A stretch of 64,000 nt of DNA from Giardia intestinalis (lineage: Eukaryota): assembly GCA_000002435.2 (NCBI GenBank), contig CM018792.1. One strand, written 5' to 3'. This document shows positions 46,104 to 56,500 of the stretch, one piece after another. A model generated the notes under the pieces. That model worked only from the letters and a program-made list of their open reading frames with translations, ran no database searches and was not told the origin of the DNA. The stretch's first letter is position 1. Every line of letters begins with the position of its first letter. Made by a program: the position numbers and the translations under genes.

Positions 46104-47179
46104 ATTTGGAGCTAATCCAGAGCAGTCGGAATCTCTGCAAATTGGCGCAGATATTGCAGGACAATAACTTGTCAGATGATGAGACATCATCCCAAGAATT
46201 AGATACATTAATCGTTGCTAGCCGCAGAGCCCTGACCAGGACTGTGAATAACTACTATGCTATGTCTCCGCTATCAGCGATGCACAGTGAGCAGACGATC
46301 GATCTACAACAAGGCACGGTGTACTTTTTCCGTGACGACTTGCTCATTGACTTGCAGAAGCTTCCTGGTTTCTTCAAAGATTGTTTGTTGTCCTCAGGCA
46401 CTGTGAGTCACCAAATCACAGACTACTTACGAGACTTTTCATTACTAAGTAGCGATGCTGTGCAGGTGCTCATGGCAAGAGTTTGCTATCTTGGTAAGGG
46501 TGTACTTAGACACTTCGACACTGCCGACAGTCCCCCTCTTGTGTTTGGAAATTCCAGTGCATCTATTTTACGGGAGATTATCAAGACAGAGTGCTGCATA
46601 CTGAGCTTACTTGTTCAACTCCGGTCACTTGCAGATTATAGCTTCCAGGTTTACTCTGCACTCACTTACCTTCTGCCCGCAGCTATAGTTTCTTTGGAGG
46701 AGTGCGGTTATGATTCTGTAAAAGCTTTGTCTGCGATATTGGACGTCTTACTCTGGGCGAGCGATGACGGCAAGGCGGTCTTTTACACAACCTTTCGTAT
46801 GGCTATCTTTTCTACAAAGCAGCGCAATCAAGGATTATATAATCAAATACTGCAGCTGATAGCCGCGAAGATTGACCTAGTCATAAAGGATCCACTCAAG
46901 TGCATGGATATCGTTCTATTGTCGGACCCCCAATCCTCAATGCAACAGACGCAGTTTTTAATATTTCTACATATACTGTGCTCAAGCAATCTTTGGGATA
47001 CCCTGGAACTTACTGACAAATTGAAGCTTGAACTATCCATTCAAGCATATTACGCGATGCTTGTAAAGGAACTCCGTAACCCCTCGGGATCAACCACCAA
47101 TCCCAATTATATGTACGAAGTACATCTACTAATTCAATTCTTAGGGTTGAAATACTCTACAGAAGTTCGTAAAAATTAA
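46097..47179 (+). CDS. Hypothetical protein (360 aa)
   Basis: ORF with an ATG overlapping the upstream stop (aATGGTAAat). In frame with the next ORF across a single TAA. Confidence 0.45.
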   Translation: MVNLELIQSSRNLCKLAQILQDNNLSDDETSSQELDTLIVASRRALTRTVNNYYAMSPLSAMHSEQTIDLQQGTVYFFRDDLLIDLQKLPGFFKDCLLSSGTVSHQITDYLRDFSLLSSDAVQVLMARVCYLGKGVLRHFDTADSPPLVFGNSSASILREIIKTECCILSLLVQLRSLADYSFQVYSALTYLLPAAIVSLEECGYDSVKALSAILDVLLWASDDGKAVFYTTFRMAIFSTKQRNQGLYNQILQLIAAKIDLVIKDPLKCMDIVLLSDPQSSMQQTQFLIFLHILCSSNLWDTLELTDKLKLELSIQAYYAMLVKELRNPSGSTTNPNYMYEVHLLIQFLGLKYSTEVRKN

Positions 47180-47215
47180 AATCTACCAGAGGCGAAGGCT
47201 TTACCTCCTGTTCCC

Positions 47216-49249
47216 ATGGTCCCCCTGTCCCAGATAAGCAAGAGCATTGAATCATTCACCCATCTGTGTGCATGCGAGAAGTCTCTAACTGCCTTCTCTG
47301 CGTCTTTACAGCACACCGCCGATGCTATATTTGCACGCTGCAGCTCCATGAAGGAGGCTAACGATCTCGTCACAAAGGCCTTCAGCAGCGTCGCCGACCA
47401 AAAGAGCTCTATACAAGAGCTGACTCAGATGGCAAATGAGTACTTATTGCCACTGGAGAGCGAGTCGTCCCTTTTTGTCGATCCATTAAACAGTGTAAGC
47501 TTTCACACAGCAGCCCTCGAGCTCGTGAGACACATAATAAAACTGAACCTCAAGCAGCTGCTCTCAAAAAGTCTTGCACAGTATCTAAACTCCATAGTCA
47601 GCAGAGAGTACCTGTTGGCATCGGACATATTTACCGACACTGCAGACTTGCGGATAATTAAGATACACCAGCTCATAACCAGAACTGTCGATAGGTATTA
47701 TGACGTGGAAGGGTTCATGCTCAAGCACTTCACAGAGTATCTTTATCGGGTAAAGGCCCTTATTCCTAAGCTTGCAACAACAGATAGTGTGCTATTCACC
47801 ACTTCTCCGCCTTTCCCGTGGTCATCCAAGATGAAGACGCGTTCGTTTCATAGCTACTCTATGGTATCTCTGACATCTTGGCAGGGGTCTCCCGCAGCGG
47901 ATGTGCTCTCTTCTGTAGCGTCAGCACTGGCTAACCTTGATCCTGAAAAATTGTCCAAGCAAGCCAGGGAGAGCATTCTTCCCTGGCTCAACACTGTGTG
48001 CAACTATATTGAGCAAGGTCTCACCGCCTGCTATTCAACGGTCATAGTGTTGTTGTATCTCAAGCCAGTGATACTGACAAATATTCTTTCTTTGATGAAC
48101 AAGTGTCACGGGGTTATGCTCCCATGTATCTTTAAGTTGCAATCTTTTTCAAGTGGTACTACACTTAATAGTAGCATTTGCAGATCAATTAAGCCCCTGA
48201 TCTCATCATTGTGTGCAGAATCAGGGTCATTGCAGATCTGTGTCAACGGGAATAGCCTGAGTAATTACGCTGCAAAGCTTTCCACGCTTAGCAGCGCCTC
48301 TGCATCTTCAGAGAAGAATTTTCTCAACTCTATCATAGTAGGATATAGGGAGGTGTATGATCAATTACTGCGAGATTCACATGTCTGCAATCCTTGTTCC
48401 AATATGAAGGTTGACCACGAGATTGACGACCCTTCTGAAGGCTTTGTCGCTGCTCTCGCAATTGCTGAGTTTAATCCACTTGATCATAAGCACGCTACAA
48501 CCGAACTTGACGATTATATCTCTCGTTATCCTCCTAACAGTGTAGATTTATTGATCGGTAAACGACCTAGTTCAGCGTTGAAGAAAAATCCTTCTGTTGA
48601 CATTCCTATGAAGAGCATCATGGACGCAGGAGTTAAAGACCTAGTTATAAGGTGTCAGTCATTATATTCCCTCTCTAAACCATTTGTCGTGTACATTTAT
48701 AGTGCTCTTGAATTTTGTAGTGCATATGAGAAAGGAGACTCCTTATGGAACAAGCTGTTGTCTGTCTCACCGGATTTCTTCAACTTAACCATGGAAGAGC
48801 ATAAGAGTTCTATGCATATAGTTCTTCAAGAATTTGCAGCACACCTTCGACAGGAGCTGACAGATGCACTTGCATGTGTACCTATTGGTGAAAAACTGTG
48901 CATTCTTCAACTATGCCTCACTAATTCATGCGATGGAATTGCCGAGATGGTCGCAGAGAGCATCACAACATACATATTCAACATAACAAAGAGGAGGGAG
49001 AGCATCCGGACCATTGCTACTTCATCTGACTCCACATTTGCATTTATTACTGCGCTTCTGGCATACTTGCATAAAGCCTTAACGCTACTTCTTTCATACG
49101 CGTCGACTCGGATGCTGAATCTTGTCTCCAAGCTAATTAAAACTCTAGAGCATGAATATGTTACAATGGCGCACAAGATACACCGGGGCTGCACTGAAGC
49201 CACTCACCTCTCACGACTAGCTATTCTTACACACGCTAAGTATCTCTAG
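47216..49249 (+). CDS. Hypothetical protein (677 aa, helical)
   Basis: Long ORF with an ATG; no family recognised. Confidence 0.5.
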   Translation: MVPLSQISKSIESFTHLCACEKSLTAFSASLQHTADAIFARCSSMKEANDLVTKAFSSVADQKSSIQELTQMANEYLLPLESESSLFVDPLNSVSFHTAALELVRHIIKLNLKQLLSKSLAQYLNSIVSREYLLASDIFTDTADLRIIKIHQLITRTVDRYYDVEGFMLKHFTEYLYRVKALIPKLATTDSVLFTTSPPFPWSSKMKTRSFHSYSMVSLTSWQGSPAADVLSSVASALANLDPEKLSKQARESILPWLNTVCNYIEQGLTACYSTVIVLLYLKPVILTNILSLMNKCHGVMLPCIFKLQSFSSGTTLNSSICRSIKPLISSLCAESGSLQICVNGNSLSNYAAKLSTLSSASASSEKNFLNSIIVGYREVYDQLLRDSHVCNPCSNMKVDHEIDDPSEGFVAALAIAEFNPLDHKHATTELDDYISRYPPNSVDLLIGKRPSSALKKNPSVDIPMKSIMDAGVKDLVIRCQSLYSLSKPFVVYIYSALEFCSAYEKGDSLWNKLLSVSPDFFNLTMEEHKSSMHIVLQEFAAHLRQELTDALACVPIGEKLCILQLCLTNSCDGIAEMVAESITTYIFNITKRRESIRTIATSSDSTFAFITALLAYLHKALTLLLSYASTRMLNLVSKLIKTLEHEYVTMAHKIHRGCTEATHLSRLAILTHAKYL

Positions 49250-51399
49250 ATCCTGTACTTTTCCAATGCTAGTGCCAATCTATCACGTGTCGATGCAGTT
49301 ACAACCTTTTCTAAGCTGAGAATGACGTCTATTACTGCAAGCGCGACGTCGTTTAACTCTTTAACACGGCATAGGATGCGGAGACACATATCAGCCTTTT
49401 CTTCGCTAGACTCTATCTTTGCAAGACACGTCTTTATTGCTGTGGCTATGAATGTAGCTGCATTTGTTTCGCCGGGCTGAAGCTCTCTATACCACAGAGC
49501 TATCTGATCAAGTAGGTCGTTTATGATCTCTTTCCTTTTGCTAGGACGAATATCCGATATGAATAGGCCAACCTGCATCATGCTTTCCAGAATGGGTACG
49601 CTCTTTAGTGACCAAAGGTTTGTCCCTGCCCGCAGCACCTGATACGCATGAGCAGTAATGTCCTTCCATTGACTATCTGTCAGCCACTCGTTGATAATAG
49701 CTACTTTGATGAGTTCAGTCACGTGCTTATTTGCTCCACTCCATTGCACTTGAAGAATGAGTGTTTTCAGAAGTCTTTGAACCATGAGGCTATCAAATAG
49801 CTGCATTTCGGGCCCCATATAGAACATTGGGTGCCTCAACACAGGGAGCAGAAGGGAGCACAGAGTGTCAGTCACAAATCTGCGCTCATCAGCAGCATCT
49901 AGCGCTGACCCAGAACTGCGCGAAAAGGCCTCCTCCTTTAGAAACACAGAAATCCAACCACAGGAGATCAGTGTCTGAAGCCCTGCCACCAGTGGAGCAG
50001 TGCTTTCCGTGGATACTTGTGAGGTTGCACACACTAAGCTAGCTATAGGAAGAGCAGGGTGAAAAGCACCTAACATATCTATGAGGTTAACTGCTCTGTA
50101 TGAAGCGTTGCAATTGCTCTTTTGTGCTTGTGATTGATCGAACAATAAGCCACCAGCGACAGAAGCAAAGAGATCCAGCCACGGTTTGAGACGCTTCCAC
50201 TCCATTTTTTGGTTCATTAAGCTGACAAGTAGCTTGATAAGGCTGTGATACCGATGGACCTCGTCCAAAGCTTTCCATAAAGGTCTACAGAGGGGATTGA
50301 TCCAAAATTTATTATTAACAGTTAAGCTAGAGATGTTGTAGTTGGATGATAATAAATCCATAGCCTTCAAGGCCACAAGAGCTGAGCCGATGTGTTCAGG
50401 AGAAAAAGCGGCTTCCTGCAATGCAGCCTCTATGCTATCTGATGTCGATAACGAATACGGATCGGTGTATAGTTCAACTACTTGACGAATCAATGCAAGT
50501 ATCGAGGGTACTAAAGGATGGTTGACTGCATGCTTAAGCGGGTCATCATCCGCAGAACTCCCAGTACTGGTCAAACCATGAGAAAGTAAGGGACAAGGAT
50601 TAGTGGACCTTTTGATGTATTCAAACTTATTTAGAAATGCGAGATAGCGAAACGGTCCGTCTGGATAGCGCATGAGTGTAGTTATTACTGGCTTGCTAAC
50701 AATCTGTAAAATAAACTCACCATCGGATTGAAACAGCGCCTCCTTTGATAAATTAACAATGTGAATATAGTTGTTGAAGGGAAAGCTTGGCTGGTTCGCA
50801 AGCAGAGCTGTGTATGTGAGAGATTTAAGTAGGTAGTAATCAACCGCATCTATCCCACCCGAGTCCGCTAGCGAGTCAAGGCGCCTTAGAAATAGGCTAC
50901 CTATTGTCTTGCTGTACTCAAAGCAGTGTAGAAGCCAGTACCAAACCAACAGTAGCGGGCAAGTGAGACAGATCTGTGGTAGATGTGCCAGTATGGTTTC
51001 CCACAGAGATTTGTGCATGTAAATTGGTAATGTAGACAGCCCCCAGCAAACAACAGCCCTAACAGCCGAGCTATTCTGATATTGAAACGCGTATTGTAAG
51101 AGACAAGTAAAGGCTTCTAAATCGGCGTCCTGAAGTAGCAAAGTGCGGCCGCAGCTTATTCCTAGTTGATCAGGTCCATACCTAGTCAGCAGTAGCTCTT
51201 CCAGTAGCACAATAGATATGCATCTGGTACGATGCCAGATGACCGTCCCCTGCTTTGGAGAGGCAGCAACACAGAAAGCTTGCCATAGCAGCTTAATTCT
51301 GTCCTCAGGGGTCATGCACAAATCCTGGTGGTGTAAGATGGATCGCACGTCTTCTGTGCCCGACGTCTGAAGGATACCCTCAACAGATGGATCGCACAT
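49246..51399 (-). CDS. Hypothetical protein (~717 aa)
   Basis: The ORF-track start at 51441 is a GTG. The first ATG at 51399 (MCDPSVEG) has an AT-rich upstream aaattgtcagatttttttatttATG. Confidence 0.5.
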   Translation of the reverse strand: MCDPSVEGILQTSGTEDVRSILHHQDLCMTPEDRIKLLWQAFCVAASPKQGTVIWHRTRCISIVLLEELLLTRYGPDQLGISCGRTLLLQDADLEAFTCLLQYAFQYQNSSAVRAVVCWGLSTLPIYMHKSLWETILAHLPQICLTCPLLLVWYWLLHCFEYSKTIGSLFLRRLDSLADSGGIDAVDYYLLKSLTYTALLANQPSFPFNNYIHIVNLSKEALFQSDGEFILQIVSKPVITTLMRYPDGPFRYLAFLNKFEYIKRSTNPCPLLSHGLTSTGSSADDDPLKHAVNHPLVPSILALIRQVVELYTDPYSLSTSDSIEAALQEAAFSPEHIGSALVALKAMDLLSSNYNISSLTVNNKFWINPLCRPLWKALDEVHRYHSLIKLLVSLMNQKMEWKRLKPWLDLFASVAGGLLFDQSQAQKSNCNASYRAVNLIDMLGAFHPALPIASLVCATSQVSTESTAPLVAGLQTLISCGWISVFLKEEAFSRSSGSALDAADERRFVTDTLCSLLLPVLRHPMFYMGPEMQLFDSLMVQRLLKTLILQVQWSGANKHVTELIKVAIINEWLTDSQWKDITAHAYQVLRAGTNLWSLKSVPILESMMQVGLFISDIRPSKRKEIINDLLDQIALWYRELQPGETNAATFIATAIKTCLAKIESSEEKADMCLRILCRVKELNDVALAVIDVILSLEKVVTASTRDRLALALEKYRI

Positions 51400-51421
51400 A
51401 AATAAAAAAATCTGACAATTT
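51400..51421. promoter_or_regulatory. 22-nt AT-rich bidirectional promoter gap
   Basis: The gap between divergent ATGs at 51399 (-) and 51422 (+) is aaataaaaaaatctgacaattt. Confidence 0.5.
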
Positions 51422-51895
51422 ATGGAGCACAAGATTCGCACAGAGCCTCGCTATCTTCGCCAAATGGCTGTCAACAACCTTGTACACGGAATCCTGTACT
51501 TGGTGCTAGCCATTTGCGGAGCCATAGGGTGTTCTCGAATCTACCTTTTGCCAAACACGTTTCAGTTTAAATCGGCTCTGGCGACCATGACGGCCTTCTT
51601 CTTTCTCGAGGGACCTATGCTCCTGATCAGCTTCTGGCACCGTCTACGTCGTGAGTCCAGTAGTTACAACATAATGATTTTGAATGTAATCAGGACAATG
51701 GTCACTGTCGTCAGATACTGCATCAACATTTGGCTCATCTTTGCTCTCTTTAAGATCAACGCTATGGACTTGTCCGAACCCTTTTCCTTCTGGACCGGAG
51801 TGACGATTGCTCTGTTTCACGTGCTTGAGCTCTTCTTCCTTATTTCTATTTTCATGTCTGCGCTGCTCCGACCAATCGTTTGCTGCTGCGTGTAG
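51422..51895 (+). CDS. Small multi-pass membrane protein (157 aa), hypothetical
   Basis: Four hydrophobic segments. The ATG is preceded by ataaataaaaaaatctgacaattt. Divergent from the 51399 gene across a 22-nt AT-rich gap. Confidence 0.4.
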   Translation: MEHKIRTEPRYLRQMAVNNLVHGILYLVLAICGAIGCSRIYLLPNTFQFKSALATMTAFFFLEGPMLLISFWHRLRRESSSYNIMILNVIRTMVTVVRYCINIWLIFALFKINAMDLSEPFSFWTGVTIALFHVLELFFLISIFMSALLRPIVCCCV

Positions 51896-51994
51896 CATTA
51901 TCGATGTATAGCGTGTTCTGGTATGTCAAGGTTTACTCATGCAGCCAGTTGTATTTAGTTTCTGAGGTATGCTTTCCTCATCCATTCTTTGTTG

Positions 51995-53263
51995 CTAGTG
52001 TGCTCCGTTTGCGTGTGCCTCCAGGGCACACGGATCTAAAGTAATCTCTAGGGGTGTGAGCTCTGTACTTACACTGCTTTCGCGGATATCAGTGTAGAGC
52101 TTCTGTAAATGCGGTGTTTGATCCACGCATCCCTTGCAAAATGGCAGCACAGTTCCGCACGGGGTGATGGAGGGGGTGGGAGTCGTGCTAGAAGGCACGG
52201 CGAGAGGCGGGAGTTTGTTCTCCTTTTCCTGTGATAGCTTAAGAAGACTGCTGAAGAATCGCCTTGTCTGAGGGGTGTCGTGGCTTATTCCCCAATACCC
52301 ATGGTCAGAGACTAGCACTGCCTTAGACGGAGAAGACAAGGTAACGATGTGCATTGTGCCTGGGCCCTCTCGAGGAGAGACACTATCACTTACTGAAGAT
52401 TGAGACACAGTTTCCGTGGGCTGCAATCTATCAGTGACCGGACTTGCAAGACCAACCTCTGCAGAGTCACAGCTAAGCAGCGCAGAGTCACTGGACGCAG
52501 AACACGACTCTGATCTGCTGCTAGTGCTGGAGCAATCGTTTCTGGGGTCCCTATAAAAAGCTCGTTTCCGCTTGCGAGGCGGATAGCAATCTGGGTCAAC
52601 ATTATGCAGAGAATGCCCACTTCTAGACGCATGTACATCTTTGAAGGATTTCTCAGAGAGAGATGTGCCTAGCCCCATCTGGTCAGCCTTTGTGATGATG
52701 CCTCGACATACTGTAGATAGGCTCTCGTTATTCCAGGAGTAGCTAGGCTTTGACCCACGCTGGTTAATAATGGTAATAAGGTGCATACCTTCTAATATGT
52801 TGGTAATGTCATACAGTCGACGCACCTGACTCGACTTCAATCCGAGGGTGCTTTCAATGGATGCCAGAGAGACGTTTCCTGGGGCCGCCTTAATTATGTG
52901 GCTCATAAACCATATGGACAGTTCATGAAGCTTAAAGCGAGTGTTTGCATTGAGGCTGGTAGAGCTACTTGACGCCGCCCGGCTTACAAAGGCCTGGACT
53001 GCTTGGTCTACAAAGGCGAGACCGATAAATTCATAGTGGGGCCCTTGCTGCTTGATGATAATACCGAGCGCCTCTAGAACGTTTATCAGATCGTAGAGCC
53101 GTCTACTTTCAATAGCCAGCTTATCGCAGACCTCTTTAATAGTAAATCCAAAAGGCTCCTCGTGGTTACAAGCAATAGCAAAGAACTTCCTGGTGAGATC
53201 GACGAGTTTGCGAACCTTCGGGTTCCGTTGACGTACTTGAGGACTTTGGCCTGCGAGCTGCAT
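51995..53263 (-). CDS. E2F/DP-family transcription factor with two tandem winged-helix DNA-binding domains (E2F7/8/DEL-like architecture)
   Basis: DBD1 KLVDLTRKFFAI....FTIKEVCDKLAIESRRLYDLINVLEALGIIIK and DBD2 ...LSIWFMSHI...VSLASIESTLGLKSSQVRRLYDITNILEGMHLITI both fit the E2F RRxYD(I/L)xNVLEG signature. Confidence 0.6.
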   Translation of the reverse strand: MQLAGQSPQVRQRNPKVRKLVDLTRKFFAIACNHEEPFGFTIKEVCDKLAIESRRLYDLINVLEALGIIIKQQGPHYEFIGLAFVDQAVQAFVSRAASSSSTSLNANTRFKLHELSIWFMSHIIKAAPGNVSLASIESTLGLKSSQVRRLYDITNILEGMHLITIINQRGSKPSYSWNNESLSTVCRGIITKADQMGLGTSLSEKSFKDVHASRSGHSLHNVDPDCYPPRKRKRAFYRDPRNDCSSTSSRSESCSASSDSALLSCDSAEVGLASPVTDRLQPTETVSQSSVSDSVSPREGPGTMHIVTLSSPSKAVLVSDHGYWGISHDTPQTRRFFSSLLKLSQEKENKLPPLAVPSSTTPTPSITPCGTVLPFCKGCVDQTPHLQKLYTDIRESSVSTELTPLEITLDPCALEAHANGAH

Positions 53264-53572
53264 TAAAAAATGAATTGCGGGAACGCAGATTTTGAAATCA
53301 TAAGATTGACGCAGTGTACTGACTTGCCTAATTGCTCATTTCTCCTTTTTATTTAATATTGCTCTATACCTATCGATCTTTATTGACCTTCGTATCATTG
53401 GGCAATGGTTCTTTTGTTGTCCTTGCTTGCAAGTAGGATAGAGATGTGCCTGATTAAACTTTCCACCTTCTTTCAAGTCTGGGTATGAAATTCGGTGATT
53501 ACTCAAAGATCACGGGACTGGAACCTAGTTTGAGTGCCATTTGCGCACATCTCTGGTCCAAATTCAAAAATT

Positions 53573-56500
53573 ATGAAGCAGAATCCTAAGCAGCAAACAG
53601 CCAGCGCTCCGTTCCAAGGCAGCAACTCATGCAGCAGTGCCACCTTATCGCACAAGTCTGCTACAGAAGCCCGCAAGATGCTTGCAAATGAGAGACTATC
53701 ATTAGGGCAAGCGCAGGTTGATGCTGGCACACGGGCTGCAGTCAAAGTTCGCACAAGCGAAAATAGAAACCAGATACGACAGGCCCAAGAAGCAAGGGCT
53801 GCCATGACAGCTCGGATAGATGCCATGGCAGCTCAGGACCGTGAACGAAGAAGACTCGCTCTCCAGGAGGACATGCGTCTTGAAGCTTCACTCAATGTAC
53901 GCCACCAAGAGATTCGCGCGCGCTTAAACCAACGCATAGCACATGCATCCACGGTTGACATAGCTAACTTTATCGAACGGCAACAAGGTCATAAGCAAAC
54001 GGTGAACACGGCAGATATTTCGAGCCAGGACTTAGCACACACCATAAAATCTCGAGCAGCTGCTCGTCGTGAAGAGCGTGAAAAAGAACTTTTGGAAAAG
54101 AAGCAGGAGAAGGCACGCAACATTGCATTTATAGCCAATTCCAAGGCTGCATCTCCATCTTCTTCCAGACCTCAGTCGTCAGGAATGTCTGCTACTGCAA
54201 GTTCTGCAGATAAATCGGTGGCAAGACTTACTCTTGAGCATCTTGAGCGGCAAAATTCCGATCCAAACTCTGCATATGATAAGCAACTTATGCGTCGCTT
54301 TGATGATCTGGAGGAATCGAGCGACGTGGGCCTGCCTGAGGTAGATGTGCTTCACCGAGATGAGTCTGATCAAGCAGCTGCAGAATCCTCTTATGCTGAC
54401 CATCGGAATAGAGCCACAAATGTAGTAGACGATATAATGTATTTAACAACGCGATACCAGATGGAACGAGAGGACAAGACGGCACCTGCTGAAGCTACCT
54501 TGCACCAAATAAAATATAAAGAGTATGCCCAGGTAAACAAGAAGATCGTCTGGGCCAACTGTGCACGTGATGTAGATGATCTTATTTCGCTGGCACTAGA
54601 ACTTGCTACATCTGGTCCACAGCTTTCTGCTGCAGACCGAACACGTCTCACCAATGCCTTCCTTTACTGTGAATATGCACCAGATCAAGAATACAAAGAT
54701 AGGATTGCTCGAATAAGAGAACTACTCTTCCACGAATGTGAGCTTTATAAGAATGATATTCCTTGTGACCCCAGTGACATTGAATTAATGCAGCTGATAG
54801 ATTCTATGTCTGCTAATATATTTAATGAGGCAAGCATAGGGTTTACTAAACCAAATGATTTATCCCTCGATTCTACACGCTCTACCCAATTTGTCAACGA
54901 TGCTATCTTATCCATTCCACCGTGTTACCGAAATGCAGATGCATCCGATGCTAGTACTGACGACGAAAGTACTACCGAAAATCAGGTGATGGAACAGTCT
55001 GGTGGGGGTTATGAGGGATCCGAAGAAGCACCTCAAGCCTCAGACAAGGGCGGTACTCAAAAGCTCACGTTCCTTAACACCATTGAGTCTGTCATTCGTC
55101 GTCTTAAATGCACGGATTATTACCTACACAGCCGTGATACTCCATTTCTCTTTTCTAGCCTACAGATATCTATTCCAACTTCATCTGGCCCGAAAATTGT
55201 CAGTGGCCACGATCTTCCCTTGTTTACTCTATTCTCATATAATCCTACACATGTATCAGCAGATATGGCAGAGTCTTTGGCCGCTTCAGCTGCAGATTAT
55301 TTAGGTGCAACACTTCTATCTTACACTAGCTTCGTTTCTAACTTTGCTGATTATAAAAAGGAATTTACGTCGTATGCAACCGTGCTGCAGAAGTTAGCAG
55401 AGGCTGAGAGGCAGATAAAGTCGTGGAAAAAGGAAAATAATGACCCAATTAGATTGACTCTCGAGCTAGCAGATCAGTATGCCTGCATTTGTGACTATAA
55501 GGATGCAGATCGCATTCTCAAGCTCCTCAACACACCATACAAGACAGAGGAACCCCCAGATCCCTATATCTTTACCCTGATGTATATGCGCGCCTACTAC
55601 CTGTTGAAAACGCACTACAGCATGAGGATTGTTAATTCACCCATTATAGATTCAGTTGGAACTAATCTAATATTATCCGTAAACATCTTAGCCCCAGAAG
55701 AGCTTGCAAACACACCTGAATTACGGCCATCATCCCATGTCTCTGTTACGACAAATGGATCACCCCTACGGTCTGAAGTGCACTTTAGTGCTGCATCTGT
55801 CCCAGCATCAGCCGCATCAAAGCGTGCTGCAGGATTCACCTCCCTTTTGAATAGCTCTTACTTATTTGTAGTTCCACTGAAGGCAGCTACAGTGATTACA
55901 GATTTGGAGACAGCTTTTCAACCAATGAACACGTTGAGACATCAAATATACACCACCATCAACGATGCAGTCGTCCCACAGTTACCTCAAAATCCACCCA
56001 AGGGTGCACTGATATCATCTGTCTTCGACTCTATTATATTCATAACGTGCAGTGACGACTGCGTGATTAAACCAGGAGAAGATGCATCCGTCAAGAAGCG
56101 AGACCCTAAGAAGGACCCACCGCCACCATTGAACCTGGACGGATTGAGCCCCTGGCAATGGAGCAAGTTTTCTACAATCAGCTCTGAACTGGTTGAAGAC
56201 CCTGATTATTCCAAGCTTGCCTCCGCCTATTCTGCTGCGCGAGGATATTTGCAGCTGCTTACAGATACCGTTGAGACGAGTGGAAATACTCAAGCAGCCC
56301 CCCAAGTCAGTGAGACATCTGCAATTCATACATCGCGAACACAGACATCACGGACAAAAGAAGGTAAGCCGGACTCAAGGGGACCTAAACCAGATCCCGC
56401 ATCCCCAGTGCGGTGTATTCCTGTCCTAAAATCATCGTCTGATATGCTTATTGCTGACTTACAACGCTGCTATGGCGATTACCTCCAGGCTCCTTGTGCA

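Noticed and set aside
53503-53826. 107-aa - strand ORF overlapping the start of the giant + strand gene
   Set aside because: It is fully contained in and antisense to a strongly supported long ORF. It has no promoter context.
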